From the human T2T-CHM13v2.0 reference genome, Homo sapiens: a DNA stretch of 64,000 bases. The notes below the pieces were generated by a model. The model was given only the letters and a program-made list of their open reading frames with translations. It did not search any database and was not told the DNA's origin. Every line of letters begins with the position of its first letter. Within the stretch, counting starts at the first letter, position 1. Positions 15,048 through 35,151 of the stretch are shown here, one piece after another. The DNA lies in the NCBI RefSeq assembly GCF_009914755.1, contig NC_060936.1. One strand, given 5' to 3'. Made by a program: the position numbers and the translations under genes.

Positions 15048-18000
15048 CTGCAACACAGAAAGAGCACAATCAATCCCAAATCCAGGGACCAGACGCCCAG
15101 CCAACACACAGAAAAACTCTCTTGTAGGAACACCTACAAATTTCCATCATGGAAACATGACGCGCCACCTCAATACTCCCTAAAATCTGGGCCACACTTC
15201 GTGGCTTTCCTGCTTCTCCAATAATGAGCACAGACAATGAGGACCTACTCTGTCTCTTACCCACAAATGGGTCACAAGACTCCACGTCCTTCCGGCCACC
15301 ATCGTGTCAAGCTACTTTCCCCTTCAATACTGCCTATCACCCCTCCTTGATGCCCAGAACTCTCTCTGCACTCAGACTTCGCCTTCATTCTAGTTCCAGG
15401 AGAAAGAGCAAGCAGTGTGTCTGGCTCTTCCTAGTGCAAAACTGGAGTGAACCCTAGCAAAGGTGGATTGGCCCCAAAGGACCCTGCATCACCACAAGCA
15501 AGGCCTCTCAGTCTCACATTCCACCTTCTTCTCAGTTCACTTCTATTTGCCTGCTTTCCCGCATATCCTAAAACCAAAACCCCAGAAGACTGGAGTTTAT
15601 TTTAGAGGCCCTTATGAAGAACAGAAAAATTTACTTCAGACTTCTGTGTCTCCACAGATGCAATCGTGATCATATATAAGATGGCCATATAATTTATTTT
15701 CCAAACCCTGGCACATTTGAGTTGGGGAGCTATTGAGGATTACACTGAGAAAACAGAAGTAAACCCAGACTGTCCTCGGCAAACCAAGTGAATGGTCACC
15801 ACGGTTATGCTTCCCTTTTCTTCCTCTACAGGATCTTAAAGGAATAAAGGAAGATCCGGAATAAGCCACTTTTCACTACCAGTACAATCATTAGGCAACT
15901 GTTTATTAGCATGCACTTGTTCAGGGAAGAATATAAAGAAACTGTTGTGAAACTCAGTATGCCAAGGGAAGAGGACAACAAAAACCTACAGGTTAAGGCA
16001 AATTAAGGCAAGATCGAGACAGCATTAAAAGTGAAGGACAGGCTCTTTTTTCATTTACCTCAGAATCTAGAGCAGAATATGGTTGCAAATAGATAACAAA
16101 CGTGAAAAGGAAAAGAAGTGGGACATAACCATCCAATCAACATTAACCTATGGAGTCTTTAGATAAAATCTAAAAACTTGGAATGTTCTCAGAAATTATG
16201 CTAAAATAAAACTCAATTTCGGAAATTCGAGACAAAACAGGACTGGCCAAATGAATAGATTTGAATCCCAATTCTGCTGTTATTTAATTGTGTAGTCTGT
16301 TTTTTAATTTAGGCAAATTACCTAAATTCTGGGTCCTCTCCACCCCCACCGTCTAACCCTGTCCTCACTTATAAAATAAAAATGTATTCTATGTTAAGAT
16401 AAGCAGCCTCCTTTCTCCCTCCATCCTTTATTCTCCTACCTATAGTTTTTTAAAATCATCATAAAATTGATGATAATTGAATAACTGAAGGATAAGTTGG
16501 TAATACTGAAGGACCACTATATCCAGGGAACAAACAAGTAATACCTTGAAGCCAGGTGCATGTGAGATGGCAACTGACATCAAATTTAGGTCAAAGAGAT
16601 AACTCGGGTGAGGGAGACCACGGTACCTGGGAAATGTTTGCCCAACACACCATGTAGATGTTCACTACACAACGCTGGGCAAATCTTCCTAGATGGGGAA
16701 CGTGGGCCTGGGGTTGTCAAGTACTCCCATTTTTCAAAATAACCGGGAAATCAGGATTTGTATATGTCAGCAAACAAATTCAAAATTCTTCAAAATACCA
16801 TGAAGGCCAAACAAAATACATTTGTCAGCCAGGCATGGTGGCTCACGCCTGTAATCCCAGCACTTGGGCAGCAGGGGTGGGCGGATCACCTGAGGTCAGG
16901 AGTTCAAGACCAGCCTGGCCAACATGGCAAAACCCCGTCTCTACTAAAAAATACAGGCCAGGCACAGTGGCTCACGCCTGAAATCCCAGCACTTTGGGAG
17001 GCCGAGGCGGGTGAATCACGAGGTCAGGAGTTCAAGACCAGCCTGGCCAAGGTAGTGAAACCCCATCTCTATTAAAAAATACAAAAAAAAATTAGCAGGG
17101 CGTAGTGGCGGGCGCCTGTAATCCCAGCTACTTGGGAGGCTGAGGAAGAGAATTGCTTGAGCCCGGGAAGGGGAGGTTGCAGTGAGCCAAGACTGCACCA
17201 ATGCACTCCAGCCTGTGACAGAGCGAGACTCCATCTCAAAATAAATAAACAAAATAAAAGAAACAAAAATTATCTGGGTGTGGTGGTGGTGGTGGGGGGC
17301 GCCTGTAATCCCAGCTGCTCAGGAGGCTGAGGCAGAAGAATCACTTGAACCTGGGAGGCAGAAGTTGCAGTGAGCTGAGATTGCACCACTGCCCTCCAGC
17401 CTGGGTGACAGCAAGACACCGTCTAAACACACACATACACACACGCCCCCCCCCACCCCCGACTAGTTTGGTTGATGGGCTATCAGTTTGCAGTCTCTCT
17501 GAGATGTTACTTAACTGCTAAGCCAATAAGAAACTTTTGGTATATAATGGACTGAAATGGAAATGTGAGAACCACATAAAACATTTCTTGAAGAAATATG
17601 CATTCTTAGTTTCCAAAAATCACCTTCCAAGTGCTGTTGGTAGACAATCACTAAGTAAACTGGGTACCGCCAGTAGCACTATTGTTCTCCTGGTTCCCAT
17701 TCAAAACCTCAGCTACAGTTTGCTGCACTGTCTCCAATTCCATATTCTAGAACCAAGTCCCAAAATTCTTTTGGTATCGTTATGTACAGTCATCTCTTTT
17801 TTTCCTTTCCCCTCTCCGTTTTTCAATCCCCTCTGCAAGGTCTCTAGTACCCCTTCTTACTTCCCCCTTAGGTTAACCAACTTTCCAACCTCTCTCTTTT
17901 GCCTACTCCTACTCATCCCGAATCTGTCTTCCCTACCCCTTTACTCAGTCTGCACCCCAACTTCTCCTGAATCACTAACAGGTCCCTCCATGTCTACTGG

Positions 18001-18211
18001 CTCAATGGTGCTAGACTAAGTCCAAAGTCCTTCAAACTCAATTCAGCACAGGGCACCTTGGCCTCCCAGCACTTTGGGAGGCCGAGCTGGAGGGATCACT
18101 TGAGGTCAGGTATTCGAGACCAGCCTGGCCAATGTGGTAAAACCCCGTCTCTACTAAAAACACAAAAATTAGCCAGGGCTGGTGGCGGGCACCTGTAATC
18201 CCACCTACTCA

Positions 18212-18391
<180 letters not shown>

Positions 18392-18825
18392 CTACAAGCT
18401 AAGCTTCCTGGCTTATTTTCACCGAAGCACATACTCACTACCTCCCCTCTGTGCCCATTAATCCTTTAGCTCCCTTCCTAATATCCCACCTCAAAGTCTC
18501 GTCATACTCAAAACCCAAGCTCCATTATTCCCTCTCCATAAAGTCCACCAGGCCACTAGAGTTCAGGAAGGTCACCTCTTCCTCCAAATTCCTAACCTTT
18601 ATTGTGAGTAGCACATTGTATACCATTTGATGTACTTTTCATTATTACTACTTAATCCAGATGGTTGTCAAATTTTGCTTACTGAAGGTAGAATCATGTA
18701 ATAAATATACTTCTTGTAGAAACCTACTACATATTAACAATGTTATACATGGAGAATTTATTAAATAAATGTATGGAATCAATTGATCCAAAGCATACAG
18801 CATTTTCAAAATGTTAAGAATTCTA

Positions 18826-19110
<285 letters not shown>

Positions 19111-19519
19111 TCAAAAAAAAAAAAAAAAAAAAAAAAAGAATCACTCATAACCAGATCATTATATGATCTGTCAATGCATTATGAGCTTTCTATTCAAGTT
19201 CGGTCCTAAAATGAACACAGTTATCAAATACTTTTCGTTAACCCCACATTGTCTTTTTTTCTGCTCAGATGAGATTTTTAACAGTAAGATATCAGTACTG
19301 CATGTTAGTGCCACACTCCATCAGTCTGCAAGTTTTAACCACCCTGGTTAGTATCTATATTACTCCAGCGAGGCTTAAGCATATCCATTAGTTCCCACGC
19401 CTGTATAGCTTCTTCCCAACCCAAAAACAGCTTTCTGAGGGTTGTTCCATATAGAACACTTTTAGTTGAGTACACTCTCATACTACACAAAAATAAAGAC
19501 ACAGTTATTTGAAACTCAC

Positions 19520-19620
19520 CATGGTTGGGGAAAAACTCCTCATTTTCATGTCGTTTATCCACATTCTAGCTCCTTCTTTATTAGAAGACTCTTTCTTTAC
19601 TGTACCATTGCTTACATCAG
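19520..19620 (-). CDS. SBNO1: SBNO1 exon 5 ([34 protein letters not shown]), 101 nt
   Basis: cctcag|CT ... ATG|gtgagt; phase 1-0, keeps the frame. Confidence 0.92.
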
Positions 19621-20048
19621 CTGAGGAGGAAAAAGTCAAATTACATTTAGAAGAAAATTCTGAACTTATTTTCCCATTATTTAAAAATCCAGAAGTTTAA
19701 GGCTGCTGCGGTGGCTCACACCTGTAATCCCAGCATTTTTGGGACACCAAGGCGGGTGAATTACAAGGTCAGGAGTTCAAGACCAGCCTGGCCAAGATTG
19801 TGAAACCGCATCTCTACTAAAAATACAGAAACAAGCTGGGCGTGGTGGCGGGCACCTGTAATCCCAGCTACTCGGGAGACTGAGGCAGAGAATTGCTTGA
19901 ACCTGGGAGGTGGAGGTTGAAATGAGCCGAGATTGCACCACTGCACTTCAGCCTGGGTGACAGAACAAGACTTTGTCTAAAAAAATAAAAATAAAAAACC
20001 CAGAAGTTTACATATTTCAAAAACCAAAGAATGTCAATCTGCCTATAA

Positions 20049-20225
<177 letters not shown>

Positions 20226-20804
20226 TAATTTTTTTTTTAAGTAAAAACGGAGTTTCTCCATGTTGGTCAGGCTGGTCTTGAACTCCCAACCTCAGGTGAT
20301 CTGCCCACTTTGGCATCCCAAAGTGCTGGGATTACAGGCGTGAGCCACCGCACCTGGCCTCTATTACTAATTTAAATTAAGCACAGGCATGAAAACATGT
20401 AAACCCATGTGTCTTTATGGAAGTAAAGAATTAACTTTAGAAAACAACTCAAAAGGAACGTGTGCAAGGGAAGCTTGAAAATTATTTATCAGAAAGATAC
20501 CCAAAAGCCAGCATTACTTTGAGACACTTCATTTGACTCATTAAAAATAAACAAGGCCGGCGCAGTGGCTCACGCCTGTAATCCCAGCACTTTGGGAGGC
20601 CGAGGAGGCCCAGTCTCTACTAAAAATACAAAATTAGCCGGGCATGGTGGCGCATGCTCATAATCCCAGCTACTTGGGAGGCTGAGGCAGAGAACTGCTT
20701 GAACCCGGGAGGCGGAGGCTGCAGTGAGCTGAGATTGCGTCATTGAACTCCAGCCTGGGCAACAAGAGTAAAACTCTGTCTCAAAAAAATTAATTAATTA
20801 ATTA

Positions 20805-21032
<228 letters not shown>

Positions 21033-23238
21033 TCAATTTCATGTGATCTGGTGGTACTTACTAATTTTCAAGGCAAAATAATTATTTCTAGAAGAAGAAA
21101 AATCAATTTGGGAACTCCTTACTTCCTCCTGCTCCCAGAGTAAAGATCTAAACAATGAACACTTTCTTCTATACCACTGGTTTTCAAACTCTTTTAAATA
21201 TAGCAATAAAATCTCAGAATCCACTTATCAATCAGCAGAGCTACTTGACTGAATAGGGGTGGGAGGTATCCAGTCCAGAACCCCTGGAACCAGCCTTCAG
21301 CCTCCAAGAATCCCTGAAGTCCTCACAGTACCTGGAATTCTTGAGATAGAGGTGCGGAAATCACTGCCTTTAGGGAAGAGAGTGCTAACATCAGGAGAGC
21401 TGATCAGCATTTCATCTATTCTAGCAAAAGATGAAGAGTATTTGGGAGGACTATCACTTAGACTCCAAAACGAGTACAACTAATTAAAGTATTAACAGGC
21501 CAGGTGCTCACGCCTGTAATCCCAGAACTTTGGGAGGCCGAGGTGGGCTGATCACTTGAGGTCAGGAGTTCAAGATCAGCATGGCCAACATGGTGAAACC
21601 CTGTCTCTACTAAAAATAGCCAGGCTTGGTGGCTCATGCCTGTAATCCCAGCTATTTGGGAGGCTGAAGCAGGAGAATCACTTGAATTCAAGTGGCAGGG
21701 GTTGCAGGAAGCCGAGGTCGCGCCATTGCACTCCAGCCTGGGCGATGGAATGAGACTTCGTCTCACAAAAAAATAAAAAATAAAAATAAAGTATTAACTA
21801 AACAAGGAAACTAGAACAGAGATGATATTTGGGGGCATGGTTTGTTTATTTTAACTGTGAAAGAGCCAGTGATCAGCTCCTAGTTTTAAGACCAGAGAAA
21901 TTGTGACAGGTTAGAACCCAAAGGGGCAACAACCACACAGATAAGAAGTAGAACATGCAACACCTTGCTTTCTGCAGTTTCATATTTTCAATGTTTTTCC
22001 CCTTCAGTAAAAAGAGGACCATCTCCTACAACAAAAAACTTTGCTTGTCTTCAGCATTCACTTACCATCTTTTTTTTTTTTTTTTTTTGAGATGGAGTCT
22101 TGCTCTGTCGCCCAGGCAGGAGTGCAGTGGCGCCATCTCAGCTCACTGCAACCTCTGCCTCCTGGGTTCAAGCAATTCCCTGCCTCAGCCTCCCAAGTAG
22201 CTGGAATTACAGGTGCCCATCATCATGCCCAGCTAATTTTCATATTTTTAGTAGAGGTGGAGTTTCACCATCTTGGCCAGGCTGGTCTTGAACTCCTGAC
22301 CTCGTGATCCACCCACCTTGGGCTCCAAACGTGCTGGGATTACAGGCATGAGCCACCGCGTCCGGCCCATCTTTGTTTCTTAGTCCTGACCTAGCTTGAC
22401 AGTTTCTCAGGCTTCCATACATGGATAGTCTTGCTGTGCAGCCTGATAAATGTCTGCATTTGTCTTTTAAAAATCACTACCTTAAATGTGGGAGAATTTA
22501 CTGTACTAGATATCTTGTTCAGTCAGCTCCAAATCTATCCCGTTTTCTGTTGTGTTCTCTAAATTCTTCCCTCACAATGGCATACATCCACTCCTTTAAG
22601 TTATGATGGCATATGCTGATGTGAGGAGTACAATGCTCAGAAAGCCACTCATATAAGAAGCAGGCTTCCTCATTAAATCCAAAGACCGTAACGAGAAGCA
22701 TCTTCCACCAACTGTCGACCATCCCCAAGTCCCTTGCGAGTGATTCCAGAAACTGCCCTGCACCTCAGCCAGGTCAAGGTCACAGTGCTGCACTCCACGG
22801 CAGAAAATGGAATCAGTCCTAAGACAGCTAAAATGATTTCCCAACTTGCATCTCACTGCCAGGTTGCAGTCAGTTCAGGACAATGACCTTGAGAGGAGAA
22901 CCAAAAAACGAAAACCAAAAGACAAAAAACTACAGCCACAAGGACACAGTGGTATGGACCCAAACATAAAAACCAGATGATCTGAAAATTTTAATGACAT
23001 CTGTCACTTAAGGCAAAGTTCTACATCTTCCTATAAACACTTATCGCCCATTCTTTTAGAATGCTCTTAGCCCTCTATTTCATAAAAACACAAGCAGGCC
23101 AGGCGTGGTACTCACGCCTGTAATCCCAACAACACTTTGGGAGGCTAAGGTGGGCAGACTGCCTGAGCTCAGGAGTTCGAGACCAGCCTGGCCAACACAG
23201 TGAAACCCCGTCTCTATTAAAAATACAAAAATTAGCTA

Positions 23239-23424
<186 letters not shown>

Positions 23425-23789
23425 TCAGATTCTGCTTTCAAACAAGATCCACAGATGAGTCACAAGTAAACAGCTATTTGTAAAGGATTTGTAAAGGATT
23501 AAGAAAAATGTTAACTGACTACCTATAATATATAAAACTGGTAAGATTTCATGTTGCTAACGTAGCTACCTGATGATCCTAGAAATCACATTTCAAAGCT
23601 AAACAACCTACCCAAGGCATCTAAACTTTTGCTTCCCTTGAATTGTGTTAAAGACTGTAAGTACGCAAAATAATGCATATAACACCCTTTTATGGCCAGT
23701 TCTTTAAAAACCCAAGCAAATCGTTTAAAAAAACATGCTGACATAGCTTACCAGAGAGAGAAAGTTGATACTATTGAAAACAGACTTAC

Positions 23790-24102
23790 TAGCTGCTGTT
23801 GCTACTGGCTGAGCAATATTAGCAGGTGGCTTTAGTTTCATCAGTTCATTAAGACTATTATTTTTCAGTAGATCTTTAAGCTGAACTTGGTCTTTTGAAG
23901 GTGCAGAGGTCATGGCATTTCGTACTGTTGGTGCTGAGACTGACGGGCGTGTGCTTGCAGTAGTCTGGATAAACTTAGTTAAAGTGATGGTTTGCCTGTT
24001 GGTTGTTACAGGTGGTGTTTTAGTCATTACAATTGTAGATCCCAAGGGTGGAAGATGATTTATTTGATTCAGCACAAATGTTGTAGTAGATGGAGGCTGC
24101 TG
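23790..24102 (-). CDS. SBNO1: SBNO1 exon 4 ([16 protein letters not shown]...PVATAA), 313 nt
   Basis: Acceptor tag|CAG CAG (tandem). Donor GCTA|gtaagt. Thr/Pro/Ser-rich open frame; phase 0-1. Confidence 0.95.
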
Positions 24103-25008
24103 CTAGATAGAAAACAAAAAACACACCACTGAAAAATGCTTCATTCTCTAATGAAGCTTATATCCACAAACCTGGAAGGACAACTAAAAATCTAAAATGC
24201 ACTTTTATTATTGCTTTTTTTTTTTCTTTGAAGCAGTCTCATTCTGTCATGCAGGCTGAAGTGCGATCATAGCTCACTGCAGCCTTGCCCAACTGGGCTC
24301 AAGTGATTCTTGTACCTCAACCTCTGAAGTAGCTGGGACTACAGGTGCACACCACCATGCCCGGCAAATTTTTTTTAGAGATAAGAGTCTCCCTATGTTG
24401 CTCAGGTTGGTCTCAAACTCCTGGGCTCATGCCATTCTCCCACCTCAGCCTCCCAAAGTGCTGGGACTACAGGCGTGAGCCACTGTGCCCAGCCTTGCCT
24501 AAATATTAGTACTTCATTTCTGATTTGATTAGCTACAAATTACCAAGTTAAACGGACAACTTTGACGAAAAGAAGGTATAGTTGTAATATAACCCTTTCT
24601 ATAACTGTCAGGGATGGCAAGCATAAAATGGAACTATCCCACACAAACCGAAAATAACAGGACTAAGCCAGGCACAGTGGTGTGCACCTGCATTTCCAGC
24701 TAATTGGGAGGGTGACACAGGAGGTTCACTTGATTTTAAGACCAGCCTTGGCAAAATAGCAAGACCCCTCCCACCCCAATCTCCCCAAAAGACTAGTAAC
24801 AGAAAGTTTCTAATGCCTTGATTGATGACATTTTCACTTTTTTCCTCCTCAACACTATTTGCTATTTCTCCACTACTCCTTTAATAATGAGTCTTTAATA
24901 AAGAGTCTACTATTGGCCGGGCGTGGTGGCTCACACTTGTAATCCCAGCACTTTGGGAGGCTGAGGCGGGCGGATCACGAGGTCAGGAGATCGAGACCAT
25001 CCTGGCTA

Positions 25009-25266
<258 letters not shown>

Positions 25267-25414
25267 TCATCAATGACCGTGTTATATATCTTCACGTACA
25301 AATCTGTTTTTAAAAATATCTTTGTGGGGCTGGGAGCGGTGGCTCACATCTGTAATCCCAGCACTTTGGGACGCTGAGATGGGCACATTACCTGAGGTCA
25401 GGAGCTCAAGACTA

Positions 25415-25963
<549 letters not shown>

Positions 25964-25997
25964 TAACCAGGATGGTCTCGATCTCCTGACCTCGTGA

Positions 25998-26665
<668 letters not shown>

Positions 26666-26808
26666 CTGGAGAGAAAACAACATCAGACAAAAAATAAAGG
26701 ACAGCAGTAAATTCTGTTTCAAGGACAAGATTTGCATTTATTAAAAAATATCAAGTTTAACATTCAAACTGACGTTAAATCACTAACAGCAGATTTATAA
26801 TGTAATAA

Positions 26809-26949
<141 letters not shown>

Positions 26950-26975
26950 TGAGACCAGCCTGTCCAACATGGTGA

Positions 26976-27107
<132 letters not shown>

Positions 27108-27151
27108 TAATGTGGTGAAACCCTGTCTCTACTAAAAATACAAAAAATTCA

Positions 27152-27805
<654 letters not shown>

Positions 27806-28620
27806 TAACTTTTTGTAGAGACAAGGTCTTGCTACGTTGCCCAGGCTGGTCTCAAACTCCTGGGCTCAAGCAATCCTTCAGCCTCAGCCTCCCTAAGTGC
27901 TGGGATTACTGGCATGAGACACTATGCCCAGCCAGAATCTTACGTTTTTGCTTTCAGAGAATGTATATAATGAAATCACAGAAGAATATCCCTAAATAAT
28001 TAAACAACTATTAAGGAAATTAAAGATACTCCCACAAGAACACTAAACATCTCTTACACTATCTATACGTTTATAATAACATCAAAGCAGAAAATAATGT
28101 TTTGGTTTTCATTATTATTTTCTGCCTCATAAATCAAAATGAATACTCAACATAAAAATAACATTTGGCCGGGCACAGTGGCTCACGCCTATAACCCCAG
28201 CACTTTGGGAGGCTGAGGCAGGCAGATCACAAGGTCAGGAGTTCGAGACCAGCCTGAACAACATGGTGAAACCCCATCTCTACTAAAAATATAAAAATTA
28301 GCCAGGCGTCGTGGCCCATGCCTGTAATCCCAACTACTCAGGAGGCTGAGGCAAGAGAATTGTGAACCCAGGAGGCAGAGGTTGCAGTGAGCTGAGATTG
28401 CGCCACTGCACTCCAGCCTGGGTGACAGAGCAAGACTCCGTCTCAGAAAAAAAAAAAAATTAACACATGTATTTAAAATTAAGGCTTCACATGTATATTT
28501 AAAATTGGGCCAAGCTTGGCTCGCACCTGTAATCCCAACACTCTGGGAGGCCGAGGTTGGCAATCGCTTGAGCTCAGGAGTTCAAGACCAGCCTGGGCAA
28601 CATGGCAAACCCTGTCTCTA

Positions 28621-28776
<156 letters not shown>

Positions 28777-28841
28777 CTATCTTAAAAAAAAATACTGTAA
28801 GCGGAAATCACTAAGAAAGAGAGGCTTTGGAAAACTCTTAC

Positions 28842-28973
28842 CTGCTGAACTGACGGGGTAGGCATTGGAGTTGCAAGCCCTGCATCTCCACCATCAATAT
28901 CAAAGAGGTCATTCGGACTAATTCCACTCTCACTCAAAGCAGCAAGCAGTAAATCTTGCCCTGGCTCCACCAT
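28842..28973 (-). CDS. SBNO1: SBNO1 exon 2 (start codon; [10 protein letters not shown]...PTPSVQQ), 132 nt
   Basis: ATG is the first base after the acceptor (tttaaag|ATG). Donor CAG|gtaaga. 44 codons matching the SBNO1 N-terminus. Confidence 0.95.
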
Positions 28974-29069
28974 CTTTAAAGGGAAATATTAAATATTAAC
29001 ATAAAAAACAAAAAGTGACAAATATTAACTCCCCTCTAAATATAAACAATCCAACAATCTCTATTAGAC

Positions 29070-30350
<1,281 letters not shown>

Positions 30351-31256
30351 AAATCCATCACATTTAGCTTAAATACAAACTCAGAATGGAAGCGAGAATA
30401 TGAAGCACGTCAGAGAAAAAGTATGAGCTGATGAATGGTTAGAGTCAGGCCAAGAGAAAATAAAAAATAAACACCGAGCCCAGAAGACCTAAAGGATGAG
30501 TTCTATGGAGTTTGCCGGGGTGGGGGGCTAAAGCCAATTTAAAGCAAGTAGACAGATTTTAGTTTGGAAGTTTTTCCAACTATAATCTCAGGGGCCAAAC
30601 TATTCTGCTGCCATTTTATAGGGGGGAAAAAGAGCTTTCTAAATTTTAACTTTTCTCATTAATTTCCCTGAAATAACCAATTTACATATACAAACATACT
30701 TATGAAAAATCTGTACTCTTCTCAGAAAACTAATTTCATGTTACATAAATATACTAATTTTCAGCTAGTCCATTTGTTCTCAGACTGTGATAAAATTAAG
30801 TGTCAGTGTTTCATGATGTCCTACAAAAATGGCATTAGCCAAGAGTACGATCAGCATGACTACGCAGTTTCGCTCTTGTTGCCCAAGGTGGAGTACAATG
30901 GCGCGGTCTCGGCTCACTGCAACCACTGCCTCCCGGGCTGATGCTCCTGCCTCACCCTCCCAAGTAGCGCCCACCAACACACCTGGTTAATTTTTGTATT
31001 TAGTAGAGACAGGGTTTCACAATGTTGGCCAGGCTGGTCTCGAACTCCTGACCTCAGGTGAACCACCCACCTTGGCCTCCCAAAGTGCTGGGATTACAGG
31101 CCGTGAGCCACTGTGCCCGGCCTGAGCATGACTTCTAGCATGTAAGAACTGTTTCAGATGAAAGCATTTAACAAAGAAATCCTCTACTGCGTCTATGTCA
31201 CCTACGTTTGTGTATCATTTAGACAGATGTTCTAATGGAAACATGAGTGAGTCTAA

Positions 31257-31748
<492 letters not shown>

Positions 31749-33451
31749 TAAACATTACCATACTCAAGCCCAAAACAACCCTGAGTGAGATAGGTAATAT
31801 AATTTAAGAGCTGAAACTGAGGGTCAGAAAACTTAAATCATCTACCGAAGTTCACTCACGCAGGAAGTGGTAGAAGATTAGAAACTAGATAGTTCAAACT
31901 CCCAAAATCCACGAAGTTTTCTTTCCAATGAGTAGATAAAGTTGATGTTGGTAAACTACGATGTTTCATTATTTTATTTCAAAATAAACGCCAGATTGAG
32001 ATTAAAATTGGAGGGGGAATAAAGTATTAGACAGCAAGATATAAATAACATGAAGGAAATGAATGACAGAGTTAACAGGAGAAATGTCCCAATATAGATT
32101 TCAAATAAAGTTGTTTGCCTGATGACTTTTGATTCAAAAAAAAGACCAAGTTAACTAATTTTTCTAATATAGACACATTTGACCATACTTTTACAAATTA
32201 TCCTACTGCATAATACGAACAAGTACCTAGAGCTCTAAATCAATGCTTTTAACATTTTCAATCCATAAAATACTTCGTTAAGACTAAAATAGGGTCTTGG
32301 CCCACTGGCTACAGATAATCTTGACCCAGATTAATAGAACTCTGGAGACTATCAAAATGTCATCTCTTTAAAATAAATACTGGAAATGATTTATTTACAT
32401 TTGAAACAGAAGTACATTGTTTTAATCCAGTGACTTCCAAAACTACAGACCACAGAGCCCCTGCAGGCCACAGGATCCATCAGTCCATGAGCTATACACC
32501 AAGCCCTATCTAATAATATTCAAAAGTGTAGAGATGCCATTAATCAATGAAATGCATATTCACTGCAAACTATTATTCAGTTCATGAGAGCTTTCTGAAA
32601 TGTTTTCCTAACAATGAGCATTTAAGTACAAAAAAATTTTACTGAGAAACTTTTTGATGTTCATGTAAGAAAGAGAGCAACGGTTATAAATAACATTATC
32701 GGTGACCAGCTTAGAACTCACTCATAGGAATCACAATTTGACTTAGCCATTCCACAATGTATACTTGTATATACCAAAACATGTTATACACCATATGGAC
32801 AATTTTTACTGTTCAATTAAAATAAGTAACAATTTAAGACCCTCTAATCTGATGAATGACCTGGGAATAACAACGTCTGTAAAAGACACTGTCTTTTACA
32901 AGCTACTAATGAAAGAGATTTTAATCCTAATATATATCTTATACATAAATGGAATACTAGGGATCATTTCTCAGCCAAACGGGCACAAATTCTCTATTTG
33001 TTCTTTTTTTGCAGGGTGAAGGAGGGAAAGGGGATAGAGAGAGAACATCTATCCCATTCTCTAACTCCATTAGGCAAAACCCTTAGTATGTAATTATATT
33101 TCTATTCAGAAACTATTATAGACTCACAGAATTTTGGTGCTCAAACTGAGAGAGCCCTTAAAAACTTGTATTAGCCAATCTCCTCCTCATTTTACAAATA
33201 AGACCTGTTCATAGGAGGAAAAACATTTTCACTTTTAAGTCACAAAGCACCATATAAATGCTAAATACTGTTAGGTACAAGAGAACTGTGTTAGTGTGTC
33301 TACAAAGGAATTCATAGACCTCAGATGACATTTACCATGGAGCAGTCTGACAAACCCAAGTTACTAACCACGGAAGGTCTCTCTCTCAAACAATGGACAA
33401 AAAAAGAGTTCAATTTTTATCATAAATACATTTGAAAGCTGGGTGCGGTGA

Positions 33452-33784
<333 letters not shown>

Positions 33785-33925
33785 TGATCCGCCCGCCTGG
33801 GCCTCCCAAAGTGCTGGGATTGCAGGCATAAGCCACCATGCCCAGCTGAGACCCTGTTTCTTAACAATAAAATAAAAAATAATAAAAATAAAAAAACGCT
33901 GGGCACGGTGGCTCCCCTGAGGTCA

Positions 33926-34356
<431 letters not shown>

Positions 34357-34619
34357 TCAAAACAGTACGCCTATGAAAACTTCTATGATAAGTAAGACAC
34401 AAAGACACAGCAGTAGAGAAAAACTAAGAGCTAGTTTTGGCAGGAAGAGAATACTGAGAAACAATAGCCAACCAGAAGAATGGAAGGATATAGTTCCCAT
34501 TCAGAATACCAACACAGAAAGTTACCAAGGGGGACAAGGTTCCTCTTGCTGAGACCTAAAACCAATCTCTACAGCTCTGAGCAGACACCAGGGACATGTC
34601 CACAATAGCAGTAGCACAC

Positions 34620-34830
34620 CACAGTGGCTGAGGAGATCATGGAGTCGGACAAAATACCTAGGTTCAAATACTGGCTGCATTGCCCACTAGTAGTATGATA
34701 TGGTCAAGTGAGAACTTCTCTGACTCAGTTTCCTCATCTTAAAATAATACAAATAGAACTTCCTTCATAGGATTACTGTGTGAAGTAAATGTGATACTAC
34801 CTGGAGTAAATGTTAGCTACTAGCTAGCTA
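34620..34830 (+). mobile_element. MIR element (similar MIR-like fragments at about 1540-1720, 31780-31900, 60860-60950 and 61300-61400)
   Basis: CCTAGGTTCAAATACTGGCT...CTCTGACTCAGTTTCCTCATCTTAAAAT...CATAGGATTACTGTG core. Confidence 0.6.
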
Positions 34831-34959
34831 CTATCATTTTTATATATATTAGTATTTCATCCAAAAAAGATGTTTACTCCCATATCACTGATTCAGCACT
34901 TTATTCCCCAGAATACAAACTTTGTTAGCAATCCATTAAATAATTAACTTTCATACTAG

Positions 34960-35151
<192 letters not shown>

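Noticed and set aside
17537-18019. 160-aa ORF on the + strand in intron 5
   Set aside because: Pyrimidine-rich, probably degenerate old repeat sequence; no recognisable domain or splice structure.
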